Assembly (NCBI RefSeq): GCF_018977255.1
Contig: NW_024704959.1
Span: 1 to 64,000, forward strand
DNA: 64,000 nt
Source of the DNA: Callorhinchus milii
Lineage: Eukaryota
Direction of reading: 5' to 3'
Shown here: piece after piece, positions 61,601 through 64,000 of the stretch
Layout: every line of letters begins with the position of its first letter
Position numbering within the stretch: the first letter of the stretch is position 1
Position numbers and translations under genes: made by a program
The notes under the pieces: model-generated
What the model saw: only the letters and a program-made list of their open reading frames with translations
What the model was told of the DNA's origin: nothing
The model's database searches: none

Positions 61601-64000
61601 TAATAGCGCCGTATTATCTGGGGCAGCGTCACTTTGGAGCTACTCGTAGGTTTGATGAGTAGGGTCTCGCAGGCCGCCCAATCCCCCTTTAATTTACCTA
61701 AAAAAACTCTAGGGCTATTTCAAGATTTACTCGAGGTACGACCAACCACGTTGCTTAGGTTCGCTATAAACTTCATGTGCGTATGGTAATACACCTCATG
61801 CCCTGTTCAAGGCGTGCATTATGCGCTGACACTAATTGGGTAAGACTTAAGCCCGTTGTTTTAGAAGGATTACATGATTCCTGTTATTTTATTACGTTCA
61901 AGAGATATATCTCTCCCAGTGGATCCGGTTGGTGCTGACAATGCTTCAACTTCACGGGGAGTCCCTTTTATAGTTTGGCCATGCGTCCAAAACTAAGGGT
62001 ACTAACTATAGCGTTGGTCGTCCCAGCGCCATGCATCTTAGAAACGTGTGACCATGCTTAATGACAGTAAACTTCGCGAGGCCCGTCCTCCGAGGCACCC
62101 TTCAGCGGCCCACAGCCGTGGACTCTCAAGCGCTGCTTGGTTAGGGCCCTTCGTACACAAGAACTAGTAACAAAAATACTCCAAGCTCATGCGGTTCATA
62201 GTTAGCAGTGAACTCGACCAGCTCATCAACTCTCGGGGCGGGGAATCATGACAGAACCCACAAGGATCCCGCTGTCTCTCTACTGCACGCGGCTAGGATC
62301 TCGCCCCTGATGGAGGCGACAGACGGTGCGAGCTACACGCACGGACTAGGCGAGCCATTATATCTGCGCTAAAGGGGAGAGCTCCATGGCTTGTGTCCCC
62401 CCTTACCGGGTCCTGCCGCTGGGGAAAACTGTTGAGGTGGCGCACAGCGCAATCACACCCGTGTTCACCGCCGGGTGAAATAGTGACATTTGGGATGCGG
62501 AGAGACCGAGCTTAGTCCCAAGCACTTCAAGTTCCACTTGTTGTTCTTATACAATGGCCTCGGCTCTTTTGTAACACAAGAACAAGCTGGAGGTCTCCAA
62601 CTGTGGATGTCGCGTCAGAGCGTGCCAATTCGTTCACCATTAGGAGTCGCTCACTTTACATGGTTGCAAGAGGTATATGTAATACACGCCTGCTCGAGCA
62701 TGCCGGCCCTTCGACTTGCCCCACGAATGACCGTGCAGATTGAAGCGTCAGCGCTCTGCCGCTCCCCCGCACCCTTCGGAGAGACAACAGTGAAATAAAG
62801 TAAGAAGTAGGACCTGAGGCATGTTGAACAGCTTAATACCCACAGGATGACGAACTAAACGACAAAGTATACCGGCACTCTTCGGTTCCCACAAAAAGGT
62901 TTGACTATTGAACAAGCGCAGGGATGAAAATTACGTGCTCCAATACGCAGGCCTTCGGCAGCGTCTTCCACATGTGATCCTAAAACACAATAATCCGTCA
63001 GAACCGGATATTCGCAGAAACGGACTATCGTACCCTAAGGTAGCGCTGCTTAACGCGCCCGCATCTGCGACTTTATAAAGAACCACTGAGGGGGCCCGAT
63101 GATACGATTTTTGCGGGAAATTACAGCGTGAATGTCCCTGGGGTTATAGAAATTTGCGCAAGCGCCGCAGCCGAGATATGTCCAAGAAAGGAAGACTGAT
63201 AGGCCGGGCATCGACGACTTAACAGTCTATACTTTGCGATACCCAGAGCGACGGGTTGAGGAGGGACAAGCGCTGCTACATTGGCTCCACTAAAGTATAA
63301 TTAGCAACGTTGCGGTCAGGGGGTGACTGGATAGGCAGTCGGCTGAACCTCATGTCAAGGAAGTGACCGTCGGGGTCCATAGCGCCGAAGGCGTCAAAGG
63401 CAAGAAACGAACCAGGTAACGCAGGTCAGCATCAGCCTGGGTTAGGGGAACGAATGTATTTTAAAAGTGGCTATCTAATAGACTCTTAGAACCAGGTCAA
63501 GATATTTCCGAATCTATTACATTCTAGTTGGAGTCTGTTTTCACGATGATTATAGACCTCGTCGGAGGAGCTGTTAAGGTCCCCACGCAGTAAGGTGCCG
63601 CTATGATACGTCGGGTGTTGGCAGCGAACGCGCTTTGCCAACGAGTATTCGATGGCCCTTCGAATGTCACATCGCCTGACGCAGCCTGTACGCGTCATCA
63701 ACGGCCCACTAAGTCTCTCTTACAAGCTTATCCGCGAGGGTAGGTCAACTGGTAGCCGCGAGTAAATGTGCCCTAGAAAATCGACATTCGGATGCGAATA
63801 AAGCAGACTTCGACATAGATGTACTGGACTAATGGGTAGCAGTTTGCGAGATCGTCGTTGGCCAGCATCCGACGAATTCTTAGGACCAGAGAGGAGAGAT
63901 CTCGCGGATCCACGAAACGTCCTATGTATACTGTCAGACCGTACCAACGCTGCCTCAGAACCAAACGTGTAAGTATTGCCCAAGTTACCCAGCCTCCTAG
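58616..64000. other. Featureless, apparently random sequence
   Basis: Even base use by eye, no repeats, no long ORF, none of the families that fill the rest of the window. Confidence 0.75.

Noticed and set aside
59308-63983. Short ORFs in the terminal segment
   Set aside because: Lengths consistent with chance; no domains.

Overview
This is a repeat-saturated animal genomic window, probably lamprey (inferred from its SINE, satellite and transposon content). It has no intact host gene. Main contents: (1) a frameshifted endonuclease-positive Penelope-like element (PLE, 7010-11650) and several short non-coding derivatives, often palindromic, which carry type I hammerhead ribozyme cores and a conserved 3' stem-loop 'tail'; (2) a young, near-intact Ty3/Gypsy LTR retrotransposon (49295-57660) and a related solo LTR; (3) eight further solo LTRs with 4-bp target-site duplications (TSDs); (4) tRNA-derived SINEs and hAT, Helitron, Tigger and LINE relics; (5) several satellites; (6) a GFOD1/2 coding-exon pseudogene split by an LTR. 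After a 30-N gap, 58616-64000 looks like random sequence and is probably not native. Most ORFs in the supplied track are artefacts of repeats. Family names were recognised from memory, not from database searches.
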